A stretch of DNA of 64,000 bases from Batkoa obscura (lineage: Eukaryota): the NCBI GenBank assembly GCA_030770535.1, contig JASVEC010000022.1:806001-870000 (forward strand), read 5' to 3'. The first letter of the stretch is position 1. Each line of letters opens with the position of its first letter. This document shows, in pieces, positions 1 through 13,134 of the stretch. The notes below the pieces were generated by a model, which saw nothing but the letters and a program-made list of their open reading frames with translations, was not told the origin of the DNA and ran no database searches. The position numbers were made by a program, and so were the translations under genes.

Positions 1-1031
<1,031 letters not shown>

Positions 1032-2630
1032 TTTGATTATTGTTTAACTCTTCAATATTTCCAACCATAATAATAAAAAACTTTTAAAAGCACAAGGGAG
1101 GTTATTTTCGTTTTATACTTATTCCCTGACTTTTGATTTTAATTTAAACTTCATTTTAAATTTTCGATTCGATCCAAACGTTCTTTAAGTTGAGCTTGTA
1201 TGATATTTATTAATTATTAGCTAATTAAGATTCATGATAAAGAATAGTTTTGAAAAGGCCAAATTTAGTAATCCATCTGCCAACTTCCTTATCAAGGAAT
1301 CATTTTAAAAAAAACACCCTCACTACCCCTTTACATCCAATTATTTGCTTACTTCATCTTTTTTACTTATTATTTACTCTTTAAGATAATTAATGATACC
1401 TCGTGGCTTTTAGTTCTTTTTTATAAAATAATTTTATGAATTTTGGGTGTTTAAAAACTGATTAATTTTAATAACTTTCTAGTTAATTTAAACTTGATTC
1501 TCTAGCGGAGACCTTGCGGATATTGATATTGTTGTAACGATAAATGAAAGATTAAAATGATGTTTCATAAGAGCAACACTTAAATCTTGAGTGAGTACTT
1601 TTTAAGAAGATTTTTTTAAATTTACTTGATTAATCATATGTAAATTTTTAAGTAGAAAATGTCGTACTTTCAAAGCTACAAAATTATTAGAATTCCTTGG
1701 TATGATTTTTTAATCTGTCCATTTTTTCAATTCAAAATTTAAAAAAAATACTAGTTGAGATATAAAATAAAAGAACATTTCTATCCACTTTATCGTAAAA
1801 TTAACTAAAAGCCTGTACTGTTCTCATGATAACTGTACTCGAAAAATTTCCAATTTTTTCAAAACTAGATTTGAATTAACCCATTAAATATGACTTAACT
1901 TTTAAATTTATGGCTGCCCTTTACTATAGCCACATTAAGGTATCTCAATCAATAAATTAACTTAAAAATAACTGATAGTTAGTATTAGTTTTTGGTTTAT
2001 TTTATTATTATTCAATATATTATAATATCGAATAGCTATTTTTTTACATAAATTTTGGCTCTTTACTTAAGCTATATATAAATATACATCACAACAGTTA
2101 ATGTTTTAGTTTTCCAGTATTCTTTAGCATTATTTATATTAATAAAAGTTCAATTTTATCAGCATTTAATCATTTCCTAAAACTTGATATCATTGGTTGA
2201 ATAATGTTAGTGTGTTAGAAATTAAATTCAAATAAAAAGTTAATGAACTCTATGTTTAATACTTTATGGTCAAGTTGTAAAATGTTTCAACTCAACCAAT
2301 GAAATCACTTTGATTGATTATTAATGAAAAAAAGAAGGGATAAACTTTAATCGAATATTAATAAAAATTATGATGTGGAGAAAAGATCGCTTTTCTGATC
2401 AATGTAATAGTTGATATGCTTTAAAACAAAACAAATTTTGTTATATTTCATTATATGATACAGTATAATTGTTACTTTTTTACATAATGATTTTGACTAA
2501 AGCAAATTTATAATATCTTTTTATAAACTATCATAAATATTAAATAATAAGAAACAATGAAATCCATATTTTTTATCTATTGTATATTTTTCTATCTATT
2601 TATTACTTACTTATTACTTTCTTATAAATA

Positions 2631-4341
2631 TTATCTACAATTTTGTAAATAAGATAAAATAATACCATTAGCTACTGAAACATTTAATGAATCAATTAAT
2701 CCTTGACCAAGTTTTGGTATATAAATTAATTCATCACATATGGATTGTATATTACTACTAATACCATTACCTAATTGAAAATGTTAATTGTTATATAACT
2801 AAATGAATAAGACGAATTATTTTTTGAGCCTTTTTGCAATGATTTTGAAATAAGGAATTGAAAAATAGCAAAGTAATTTAAGGTGAAATGATAGAATCAG
2901 AATCTTTCTAAACTGATATAAAAAAATAAGTTCAATTTCATAATAAATTGAATAAATATGTACGAATTAATTGTTCAAAAGCTTGGTTTCTCGTTAAAAT
3001 CCAATGTTATCTTTCACTAAAAAAGTAACATTGTCTTTTAAATATCATATCGAAAAATCCTTGGATCAAACCTTTTCCCTTTACTCACCAAAGCTACTTT
3101 GTCATTCCCTTATCTAAAATTATGCTTACAAACCCTTTCCCTTCCTTTATAAAAGAAAACCTTAAAGACTTACCTTCGGATCCCAACACCAACATCGTAG
3201 GTTTCTTAAAATTTCCTTTGTCCATTTCAAATAAACTATGACTATTATTTGATAAACAAGTACCAACGATTGACCAATGATTCTTTTTACATTCATTTAA
3301 AAATTTGACTAAATTTCTACTTAAATAAGGTAAATTATATTCCAAAGTACCAGAGCTACATTTGTGTACTGTTGGATTAGGTTTGCAACTTTAAAAATAA
3401 AAGTTAATTAAAGGAATATTACGATAATTAAATTTTGTTTATTTTTGAAATTATTATGAAAAAATAAAAATAAATAGTACCTATCATCCTGACTTATTAC
3501 TATACCACTAATATTAAAAAAACTAGCTGATCTAATAATTAAAATAGTTGATTTTATTAAATTCTATATCTATTGATTGATTATTTCTTATTACCTTATA
3601 ATAGCTCCCAAATTGTGTGGGTCATAAACTCTATCTAAAACTAGCCATAAAGGTCTTTGATTTTCGTTCTTTGTTAATGTTGTTTGTTTTAAGTCAATGG
3701 TATAACTGAAATAATAAAACAAAATAATAAAATATTAGTAAAATGAATTGTTATCATTTATAGCAAATTACCTATTATTTATCTCAACCTTACTCAACCC
3801 TTTTATGTTATTTAATTCTAATTTTTCACAATAAGCTATTATGCCCTAAAATCAAAATTCTATTACTAATGAAACTTACAATACAATTCATAAAAGTCTC
3901 ATTTACCTGTGTTGGTACTTCTTTAATCATTTGATTCATTTCATTTCTAGAACTTTCAATAACTCTAACTCTTTTTTTTTCACAAAATTCTCGAATCTCT
4001 TCTCTTTTATTCCTTCAAAGTAAACTTTTATTATTATTATTATTATATGATTTTAGTGCTTTATGTTATATGTCATTGTTTTGTAACGAAGAGAATATTT
4101 GATAGCTTACTCAGTTTCTAATACTTGTTTCTTTTTTCGGATTGTTGTTGGTTCTGACTTTAATAAATAAACTTTGGATACATGTCTTTTAGAATTTGAT
4201 ATGGCAGAGATGACCGAATTATAACCGTAAAGGTATTCTATTTTATCATCAAAATGAAATTAATTAGCTGTTATTATATTATTATCCTATACTACCATAA
4301 TTTAAATTGAGTTTATTTAGCAACCTTAAATTCTTGAACAT
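2631..4341 (-). CDS. MRM1: SpoU/TrmH-family rRNA 2'-O-methyltransferase, mitochondrial MRM1/PET56-like (multi-exon)
   Basis: Spliced translation: basic N-terminus MFKNLRLLNKLN, YLYGYNSV, LVLDRVYDPHNLGAIIRSA, MLVLGSEG|NGISSNIQSICDELIYIP, IDSLNVSVANGIILS (SPOUT motifs). The ORF track shows only one exon. Confidence 0.88.
2771..3173 (-). other. Unusually long (403 nt) GT-AG intron with extensive predicted secondary structure
   Basis: Donor GTAAGT at 3173 and acceptor TAG at 2771 join GSEG|NG. Several nested complementary arms with many G-U pairs on the transcribed strand (see findings). Confidence 0.75.
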
Positions 4342-4469
4342 TTTTTTAAAAAACTATAAAAAGATCAAATCACGCTTAAACTTTAAGCCACAAGACTTGA
4401 AACCTAAACTCAAAAAAAAAATCCAAACCTTAGTATTTTTTACACTTTTACTTTATTTTTTTAAACTTT

Positions 4470-7400
4470 ATGACCCCATATCAATTCTTAATTTATATAC
4501 AATTCCTTTTACTCACTGTCACTTCCACTCAATCTCAAACTCATCTATCAACTTCTACCTCACCTTTATTAACTTCCATTGAGGATAAATGTCCCCCATG
4601 TTTCAATTGTATGTTAACTGATTTCAAGTGTTATAATTACGGTGTATGCAATCCTAATAATGGATTATGTTCCTGCCCCATTGGTTTTGATGGCCAAGAT
4701 TGCACCCTACCATTATGCGGTGCCCTTACCGATGGTGAAGAACGAAAAGGACGAGAAGGTAATTCTTCCTGCGACTGTAAACCAGGGTGGAAAGGAATTA
4801 ATTGTAATTTATGTAATGAAGATAAAGTATGTGATTTAATGGTGCCACAAGGATTAAACGGTACTTGTTATAAAGGTGGTATTGTGGTCAAAGAAAATCA
4901 TCAAGTTTGTAAGGTAACGAATGAAAAAATAGTCGAAATGTTAGGAAGTAAAAAGGCAATGGTGACCAAATCTTGTAATAGAAAAAAAGAGTCGTGTAAC
5001 TTTCAGTTTTGGACGGATGAAAAAGAGTCTTTTGATTGTAAGTTTGAACAATGTCAATTTGAAGTCGAAGGAGAAGAAGGACAACAAAGTAGAGTTACAG
5101 GTTGTAAAAAGATAATGTGTGAATGTATACCTGGAAAGTTTTTATGTGGAGAAAATGGGAGTATTGATATTTCGGATTTTTTGAGTCAGAAAATTAAAGG
5201 ACCGGGTAAATTTAATTGTGATATAAACAATAAATGTAGATTTGAAGGTAATATTAATTTTAATACTGATATTGTTATTTTATTTTTATCTTATTTCTGT
5301 TTTAGAACCAGAAATGAACAATTTAATTCTAAGTATATTTGGGGATGATTATATATCATTAGAATGTGAGTCATCCGAATGTATTCATTATTCAGAATTA
5401 CCTGGATTAAAAGTAAGTTATAATAATTAAACAAAATAACAATATATAATAATAGACAAATCATAATAGAAACCAATTAAAGAAGTAAATCGACTATTTA
5501 TAAAATTAGCAGTGTGTAGTATAATAATATTCATGATATTATTAATAATATCCTTTTATTATTTTTCTAAAAAAAAAGTAGACAATGATTATATGCCAAT
5601 TGACTGGGATGATGAATCGGGTAAATTAATGGCTCATCATGTACCTACTACTTTATCATTTAAAGATATTTGTTATCAAATTGGTACTTATTATTTAATA
5701 ACAGCATCATAATTATACTAATATTTTATCATTTTATCATTTATAGATGATAAAGATATTTTAAATAATGTTCATGGTATTGCTAAACCTGGTCAAGTCA
5801 TGGCTATTATGGGGGCATCAGGTAAATTTATTAAAAAATAAACCTTATTAAATAAAATGAATAATAAATCAATTCAGGTGCAGGAAAGAGTACATTTTTA
5901 GATATTTTAGCTCGACGAAATAAAAGCGGTAGTATATCCGGGGAAATTTGTATCAACGGTCAGATTTTAAGCAATAAAAAATTCCGCAAAATTGTTGGAT
6001 TTGTCGATCAAGAAGATATACTAATGCCCACATTAACGGTTTATGAAACCATATTAAATTCTGCCTTATTAAGATTACCACGTGATATGTCTTTACAAGC
6101 CAAAAAATTAAGGGTACTAGAATGTATGAAAGAATTAAAAATATTGAAAATTAAAGATAATAAAATTGGAAATAGTGAAATACGAGGTATTTCAGGAGGT
6201 GAAAAAAGAAGAGTATCAATTGCTTGTGAAATGGTAACATCACCATCCATATTATTTTTAGATGAACCCACTTCTGGTTTAGACGCTTATAATGCTCAAA
6301 ATGTAATTGAATGTTTAGCTTCATTGGCTAAGAACTATCAAAGAACTATTTTATTTACAATTCATCAACCAAGATCAAATATTTATTCTTTATTTGATCA
6401 ACTGATTTTATTGGCTGATGGTTGGTTAGTTTATTCGGGTCATGCTCAATTAGCAGTAGAACATTTTAATAAGTTGGGCTATCACTGTCCATTAGGTTAT
6501 AACATTGCTGATTTTATTATTGATATTACACAAGACAATAATATTAACAAAAATAATAATAACAATAATAATATAACTAATAATGATGGTGATGATGAGT
6601 ATGAAGAATATGAAGATTATAATGATAACGAGTATGAAAATTATAATGATAATGAATATGAAGATAATAATAATAATAATTATGAAAGTAACAACAACCC
6701 ATGGTCACATAATCCAGCTAGTAGTCCAGGATTAGAACTACAAGGACCCATCTCCCCAATCAATCATAATCAACCATATTTACTCGATGGAGGTATGCGT
6801 AAAGTATTGGCTGTATTAGTATTGGGATTTAAAAAATCCATTATGTCTAAAATATTACATGAAGAATTGGAAGAATTTCATGACAATAATCGACATGATA
6901 CAATATCTATAAGTTCAGCAATGCCAATCACTTATAAAAAATCAAGTTTTTTAATGCAATTTATGATATTAAGTAAAAGAACATTTAAAAATCTTTATAG
7001 AGACCCATTATTAATGTTAACTAATTATACAATTAGTATTGTATTGGCTGGTAAATAGAAATTATATTTTTTAGTAATAATGTAATACTTAATTTTATAT
7101 TAATATTAGGTTTATGTGGCTCTTTATATTATCAAGTAAGTGATGATATCCCTGGATTTCAAAATCGAATGGGATTATTCTTTTTCATGTGTGCATTATT
7201 TGGTTTTTCATGTTTAACATCGATTCAAGTATTTCAAACAGAAAGAATTTTATTTATGAGAGAAAGGGCCAATGGTTATTATCTCCCAATTACTTATTTT
7301 TTATCCAAGATATTATTTGATATTTTGCCACTAAGATTTATACCTCCTTTAATTATGGGGGTTATTATTTATCCCATGGTTGGTTTAAATCCAGGAATGA

Positions 7401-7837
7401 TTCATTTTGCATTGTTTCTGCTCACTTTAGTATTATTTAATTTAACTTGTGCAGCTATTTGTTTATGTATTAGTATTTTTATACCAAGTATATCCCTAGC
7501 TAATTTAATTTGTTCACTTATAATGTTATTTTCAATGTTATTTTCAGGTTTATTTTTAAATGCAGTAACAATACCACCAATCTTGAATTTTTTGAAATAT
7601 TTATCAGTATTTCACTATGCACTAGAAAGCCTTTTAGTTAATGAAATGCGATTTATGCAATTAAAAGATCGAAAATTTGGTTATGATATTGATATACCAG
7701 CAGCAACCATTCTATCCACATTTGGATTTGATGCATCTAAGTTTTGGTTTAATACAACTATGCTTGGTGTTATTGGTGCGGGTACCTTGATTTTAGCTTA
7801 TATTGGATTACATTTTTTTTGCAAGGAGAAAAGATAA
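4470..7837 (+). CDS. ADP1: ABCG half-transporter with N-terminal EGF-like Cys-rich domain (ADP1-like), 5 introns
   Basis: Signal peptide, EGF-like repeats ([24 protein letters not shown]), Walker A GASGAGKST across an intron, signature [12 protein letters not shown], Walker [14 protein letters not shown]-terminal ABC2 membrane domain. Confidence 0.93.
6609..6680 (+). repeat. Imperfect 24-bp coding tandem repeat (x3) in an N/D/E/Y low-complexity insert of the ABC transporter
   Basis: tatgaagattataatgataacgag / tatgaaaattataatgataatgaa / tatgaagataataataataataat encode [24 protein letters not shown]. Confidence 0.7.
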
Positions 7838-8005
7838 TAATATAAGGAAGGAGTAGTAGCTTCTTTAATAAATTGAAAGTTGTTTTTTTTAATATGAGAT
7901 TTAATTTGATTGCATGGGTTTAAATTTTGAATTTTTTTAAATGTATTTGTTTATTTCTGGTGATAGAATGAGAGGGATGGGAATTAGTTTTTATATTTAT
8001 TTATA

Positions 8006-8192
8006 ATGAAAGAAAAAGAATGAAGTCGAAAGAATTATTGCACATAGTAAAAAAAAGTAAATTTATTTGTAAGAATATTTAGTTGAAGATATTGAATCAA
8101 TAAGTGAATAAAATGAAGTATATCAATATTTAATAAAATGGAAAGGACATTCAGATGTTGATAATACTTGGGAAAACGAGGTTAGTCTGTAA
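8006..8192 (+). pseudogene. Degenerate chromodomain-coding relic
   Basis: 8073-8192 translates EYLVEDIESISE*NEVYQYLIKWKGHSDVDNTWENEVSL*. Just upstream is a second frameshifted chromodomain start, KEKE/EVERIIAHSKKK*. Confidence 0.75.
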
Positions 8193-8593
8193 GTTGAAAA
8201 AGAAAATCAGTATCATAAAAAAGAAAGTCAAAGGAAAAAAGTAGATTATTAAAAAAGTAATTAGTATTAAAAAAACAAACCATTATTATTAAGTTTATTT
8301 AACTTGGTAAGTAAAAGAAATAAGTTTTTATTAAGAAATTTTTCATGTTGTCACTTAAGTTTAATAATGAAAGAAATATATTTATATTAAAGAAAGTTAG
8401 GGAGATAGCCTGTTTAAAAGTAATTTAAATTTTGTTTATTACAATTGTTGATTATTGATTGTTTATTTTTATGTTATTAGTTATTTCAATTTTGTGAGTT
8501 TAATCTAGATATTCAAATTAAAGGTATAATATAATAATGTTACATATAAAGGTAAATATACAGTATAAAAAATAAAATATTATTTTATTTTAT

Positions 8594-9868
8594 TTATTTA
8601 TTTGAATTATTAGAAGTAGATAAAAGCAAAGGGGAAGTTTCATCTATTGAATTATTATCTTCTAAATTATCTTTTTTTTTAAATATAATGTCTAATTGTT
8701 TAGCAAAAGATAAATTTATACTAGTATTTGTACTATTATAAGGAGGAGTGGTATCACCTGCAGTTAAAATGACAAATTCATTATCACTATCATTATCGGT
8801 ATTAATTATAGTATTGTTATCTAAAGATAAACCAGTTTGTTCTTTTGTTTTTGGACGAAAAGACAATAAAGCTACCCCAAAACATAAAATTAAAGTACCA
8901 AATAAAACTAATAAAAAATTAGATATTGGTAATAAAGACCATTGATTATAATAAATTAACCCATTAAATAAACAAGAAATATTATACAATATAAAATTAA
9001 TAGGCATTAATATTAAGATATCACAATATTGCAACCCTCGATTTAAATAATATAATTGTAACAAAGCTGTAAATATTAGTAAAAATACAATTATCCATGC
9101 TAACGGTTGATCAAATTGATTCTGTTTGTTTATGAAAGTCAATACTAATAATTCAATCCCACTTTTAGCAAATAATATCCCTTGAGTTGATATTAAAATT
9201 GAACAAGCTCCATATAATAAACCAATAAGTAATTTATTATTAAATAAACTTAACTTTTTAAATGGTAACTGTAAACTTAAATCATTATTATTATTACTAA
9301 TATACTTCTTCAACTTATATTCATTGAAATGATTGAATATCAACAATCCAATAATTAATGCTTCCTGTAAACTGAAATAAACAATAAATGGTATTCTTTG
9401 ATATAATATCATTAATTCTTCTAAACTACGTTCATGCTCAGGTATAATACCAAATAATCCTATAATGATAGCCCCTATTAATATAATAAATGTGCCTAAT
9501 AGAGTAATCCAAGATACTGGGTCACCTAATATAACAATAGCACAAAAAGTATTACAAATTAAACCAAAAGCACCAATGGGAGCTAACAAAGTAACTGGTA
9601 AAGACCCAATAGAAAATATAGACCCTGTTAAACTACTTAATAAATATAATAAAAACCCAATTTTCCATAGATGTAAATTGAGAAATGTGAAAAGTTTAGA
9701 TTTGAAAGTTACTGGATGGACAGTAACAGGATTATTTAATTTAATTTGTTGTTTCACTAACTCTTGATTTAAAAAACTTTTTTTTTGTAATGTAAGACCT
9801 AAACTTGCTAATAAGGTAGCTACTAAGGTTACCGTTATACCCACTATTACTTCAACTAAAGAACCCAT
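8594..9868 (-). CDS. NIPA-family (DMT superfamily) membrane protein, putative Mg2+ transporter; intronless
   Basis: About 9 hydrophobic segments; GLTLQKKS, LWKIGFLLY, LPVTLLAPIGAFGLICN, LQLYYLNRGLQ, GLIYYNQW match the NIPA pattern. Confidence 0.85.
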   Translation of the reverse strand: MGSLVEVIVGITVTLVATLLASLGLTLQKKSFLNQELVKQQIKLNNPVTVHPVTFKSKLFTFLNLHLWKIGFLLYLLSSLTGSIFSIGSLPVTLLAPIGAFGLICNTFCAIVILGDPVSWITLLGTFIILIGAIIIGLFGIIPEHERSLEELMILYQRIPFIVYFSLQEALIIGLLIFNHFNEYKLKKYISNNNNDLSLQLPFKKLSLFNNKLLIGLLYGACSILISTQGILFAKSGIELLVLTFINKQNQFDQPLAWIIVFLLIFTALLQLYYLNRGLQYCDILILMPINFILYNISCLFNGLIYYNQWSLLPISNFLLVLFGTLILCFGVALLSFRPKTKEQTGLSLDNNTIINTDNDSDNEFVILTAGDTTPPYNSTNTSINLSFAKQLDIIFKKKDNLEDNNSIDETSPLLLSTSNNSNK

Positions 9869-11674
9869 GACTTCCTATGAATTGTGGCGTTTTGAAGTTT
9901 ATAAAAAGATTAAGGGAAGATATAGGGAGAGTTGGTTATTAAAATCTAATTAAAATGGCAAGTATTGAATTTTTATCAGCTTGAATCAAAGCTGGAAAGT
10001 TTATAGAAATAAAAAAAGTATACAAAATTAAAATATAATAATGAAAAAAATATATAAATAAACAAGGCTAACTTTTTCTAATTTCAATTAATTTCTCCTC
10101 CTCATTTTTTTAACTGATCAGTCCATTTTTATTTTCATTATTAGTGTTACAGTTAATACAATTCTTTTGTAAAAACTTTAGTTGATCATTTATCAATAAA
10201 TTCTATGCTAAAATTTAGTCAAAATTTAAACATTAGGCTTTAAACGAATTAATTAAGCAGTTAACTTTACTGTAAAAATCAACACAAATTATTTCGTAAA
10301 AGAACTGGAATGGTCATACTTATAGTCCTTCTTTATTGGCTTAAATCAATTCCCTTTTTCATTGCTAATTTGTAATTCTTATCATTTTTTCCGCTTAAAC
10401 TTTAACTTTTATTATGCTTTCCCTTCCTTGGCTTACTCATTTTATTCTAGAAAATATTAAAATGATTAGTTAGATTAATAAAATTATAATTTTGTTAAAA
10501 AATAATTCAAGTTAAAGTTGGTACTGAGTTAATTATTAAAGATAAAAAGTTGGAACACTAATGCTTATTTTATATAAGAGTTAATAAATTAATATTATTA
10601 CTTTAAAATAAAAAAATTATTTTCATTTATACATTAAAGATTATTAAAATTCAAATTCGTAGTAAACATTCTAAAAAAAGTCAAAATAATAAAATATTAA
10701 TAAACTCTGCCATTTTTGCTTGATTTTAATTCCAAGTTTGATAGTTTAATTAGTGCCAAAATAATTAAAAATAAAATAAAATAAAACGTAAACAGCTTGA
10801 TTTTAAATAACAATTCCTTTTTTAATTTGATAATCTTGCAATTAACTTGAGAATCTAAATAAGAAAGCCAAAACCAAACTAATAAAATGCGATTTCCATC
10901 ATTAAAAATGTTATATGAAATTATCACCTGTCAGTCAAATTAATAATAAAATACATTTGAACTGATATTTACTTTTTTGACAATAATTCTGAATCATTTA
11001 AATATTTAAATGACCTTAATATTATATAATAAAATAAAAGGTACATGAGGTTTGAGTAGAAGATTTGAAAATTTAAATGAAAGAGGATTTCATTTTAAAT
11101 ATTTAATAAAAGAATAAGCTAGTAATTAAATTAAAAGTATAAATGCAAAGGTTTTATTACCTATTTTTTAAAAGAGACATTATAAAAAAACTATAATAAT
11201 ATAAATAAATCAGCTTATGATTAATAAAGTTAATAAAGTTAATAAAGTTAGTAAAGAATTTGGAAAATTAAAAAAAGTAAAAAGCTTTATTATATCAAAC
11301 CCTAATTTTATATGCTGCTATAAAATATTGTTTTATTAGCTTTATAATTGATTATATTGTAATGATTACTTAAATTAATTAAAAGAGTAATTGTATTTCT
11401 ATGATTAAATTAACTATAATTTGTATAATAAATTTAATTAGACTTTGATAATTTTGATAAAATTTGATACTTTTTTAATTTGTATAATTAATTCAACATT
11501 TTTATACTAAATAATTTAAAATATAAGATTGGGAAATTGTATTATTAATCAATTGAAATGACATTTTATATTAATATACTATTGATTTTTAACTAGTTGA
11601 AACTATTATAAGTTCTGAAAGATAAAGAATATAAGAATGATGAATTTTTATTATAGTTATTAAATATAAATATT

Positions 11675-11773
11675 GGGGATGTATTTTTGTATTTAAGAAT
11701 TTTACTAACAATTTTTCCGTTCAGATAGTGCTTAAAAGATGGAAAAAGTAATGAAGCTAAAAAAAACATCCCC
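11675..11773 (+). mobile_element. ~98-bp MITE-like foldback element, copy 1 (reference orientation)
   Basis: Termini GGGGATGTATTTTT ... AAAAAAAACATCCCC; internal sequence shared with 6 other copies in the window. Confidence 0.85.
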
Positions 11774-11922
11774 ATTAATAATAATCTCAAGTTAAAAAAA
11801 TTAAAGATTAATTTATATTTAAACTTTTATAAACTGAATTTTCAACTTTAAAATTTTAAACATCCAAAAAAAGTAATCATTTAAAGATAAACTGTTTTAG
11901 ATGTAAAATATACAACTTAAAT

Positions 11923-12021
11923 GGAGATGTATTTTGGTATTTAAGGGTCTTACTAATAACCTTTTCACTAAAATAATACTTAAAAGATGGAAAAAGTAAT
12001 GAGCCCAAAAAAAACATCCCC
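11923..12021 (+). mobile_element. MITE-like element, copy 2
   Basis: GGAGATGTATTTTGGTATTTAAG ... CTTAAAAGATGGAAAAAGTAATGA ... AAAAAAAACATCCCC. Confidence 0.85.
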
Positions 12022-12847
12022 AAATATTGTTTATATATTTGACTAAATACTAAATATTAATGCTTAGCTAATAATATATTTAATTTAATATATTTGAATA
12101 ACTATATTACATAATGATGTTTTTGTTTTAAAAGTTCTACTGTGATTTATTGTTATATTTTATACTATTAAAAAATAAGCAGTAAAAAAAACATTTTTAT
12201 ACCTAATTTAGTTTAAAAGCTTAGTGATTTCTATTTAATTAGATTTTAGCAAAAACTGTGAATTGAGCACTGTGCTACAAAAAATTACTTTTTGCTTAAT
12301 TTTAAAACAACTCCTTTCCTCCATGTTGGGACGTTTTTCAATATTTGAAGATTTTACCAAAATTATGCTACATAGAAAGTAAAAAAATTGAAATGGAAAA
12401 TTTTATCTTTGATTTTAACCAAGCTTTTAAACTTATTCGCATATGTATAAATATATACATTTTAAAAAGCTATTGTTAGTTAAAAAGATTTTGAAGTAAA
12501 AATATAACTTTTTATTGTTTTATAAAGAAAATTGATAAAGAATCTAAAAAACAAGTAAACTCTAAGAACTTAAAATTAGTCAAAGTAATATTAGCTTCAA
12601 CAATGCTTATAACCAGAATTAAGCAAAATCCAAGAGTAGACTGTAAAACTAATTTACAAATTAAACATAATAGAGTTGATTTTTGTTACAAAGAATAAAA
12701 AGTATGTAAATCAATAATTGTGTAAGGTTTATATGTTTTTTAGAAAATTGCTAATAATTATATAATGTTATTTCTATTTATTTAATTTCAACTATAATTA
12801 CTATTAAAACAATTATGTTAGCTTTACCAATTTTCAAAGTACTATAT

Positions 12848-12943
12848 GAGTGTATTTTTTTAGTTTCATCACTTTTTCTATCTTTTGAGCACTGTTTAAG
12901 TGGAAAGCTTGTTAGTAAAATTCAAACGAAAAAATGCATCCCC
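12848..12943 (-). mobile_element. MITE-like element, copy 3 (inverted, degenerate left end)
   Basis: Reverse complement aligns with copy 1; right end reads AAAAAATGCATCCCC. Confidence 0.75.
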
Positions 12944-13134
12944 ATGTATCTGTATTGTAAGAATCCTGTAGTGCAAATAAATTTAAAAAAATTGATTTGA
13001 ATGAAAGCTATAGCACTAGTTTGAGTGAGTAAAAGACGCTCTTGTAAATACTATCAATTTATTATATTATTATTGATAAAAACTTAAGAATGTGCCCTTT
13101 TATCTTTTCCACTATATAATTATTAGTAGTTTAA

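Noticed and set aside
3070..3092. TGAGTAAAGGGAAAA resembling the U12 snRNA branch-binding region
   Set aside because: The flanking U12 snRNA 5' sequence and expected layout are absent; probably coincidental.
8748..9767. Antisense ORFs over real genes (also 6041, 19001, 26661, 35058, 36891, 44257, 48269, 56884)
   Set aside because: Shadow frames of bona fide coding sequence with no independent motifs.
10697..10927. 76-aa minus-strand ORF with an upstream intron-like segment
   Set aside because: No recognisable motif and low-complexity AT-rich composition; may be decayed sequence.
11221..11256. TTAATAAAG x4 tandem repeat
   Set aside because: Short simple repeat with no spacers; not CRISPR-like and unremarkable in AT-rich DNA.
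11593..13000. Short ORFs 11593-11790 and 12815-13000 (also 23783-23965) with similar translations
   Set aside because: The similarity comes from reading through the non-coding MITE copies, not from a protein family.
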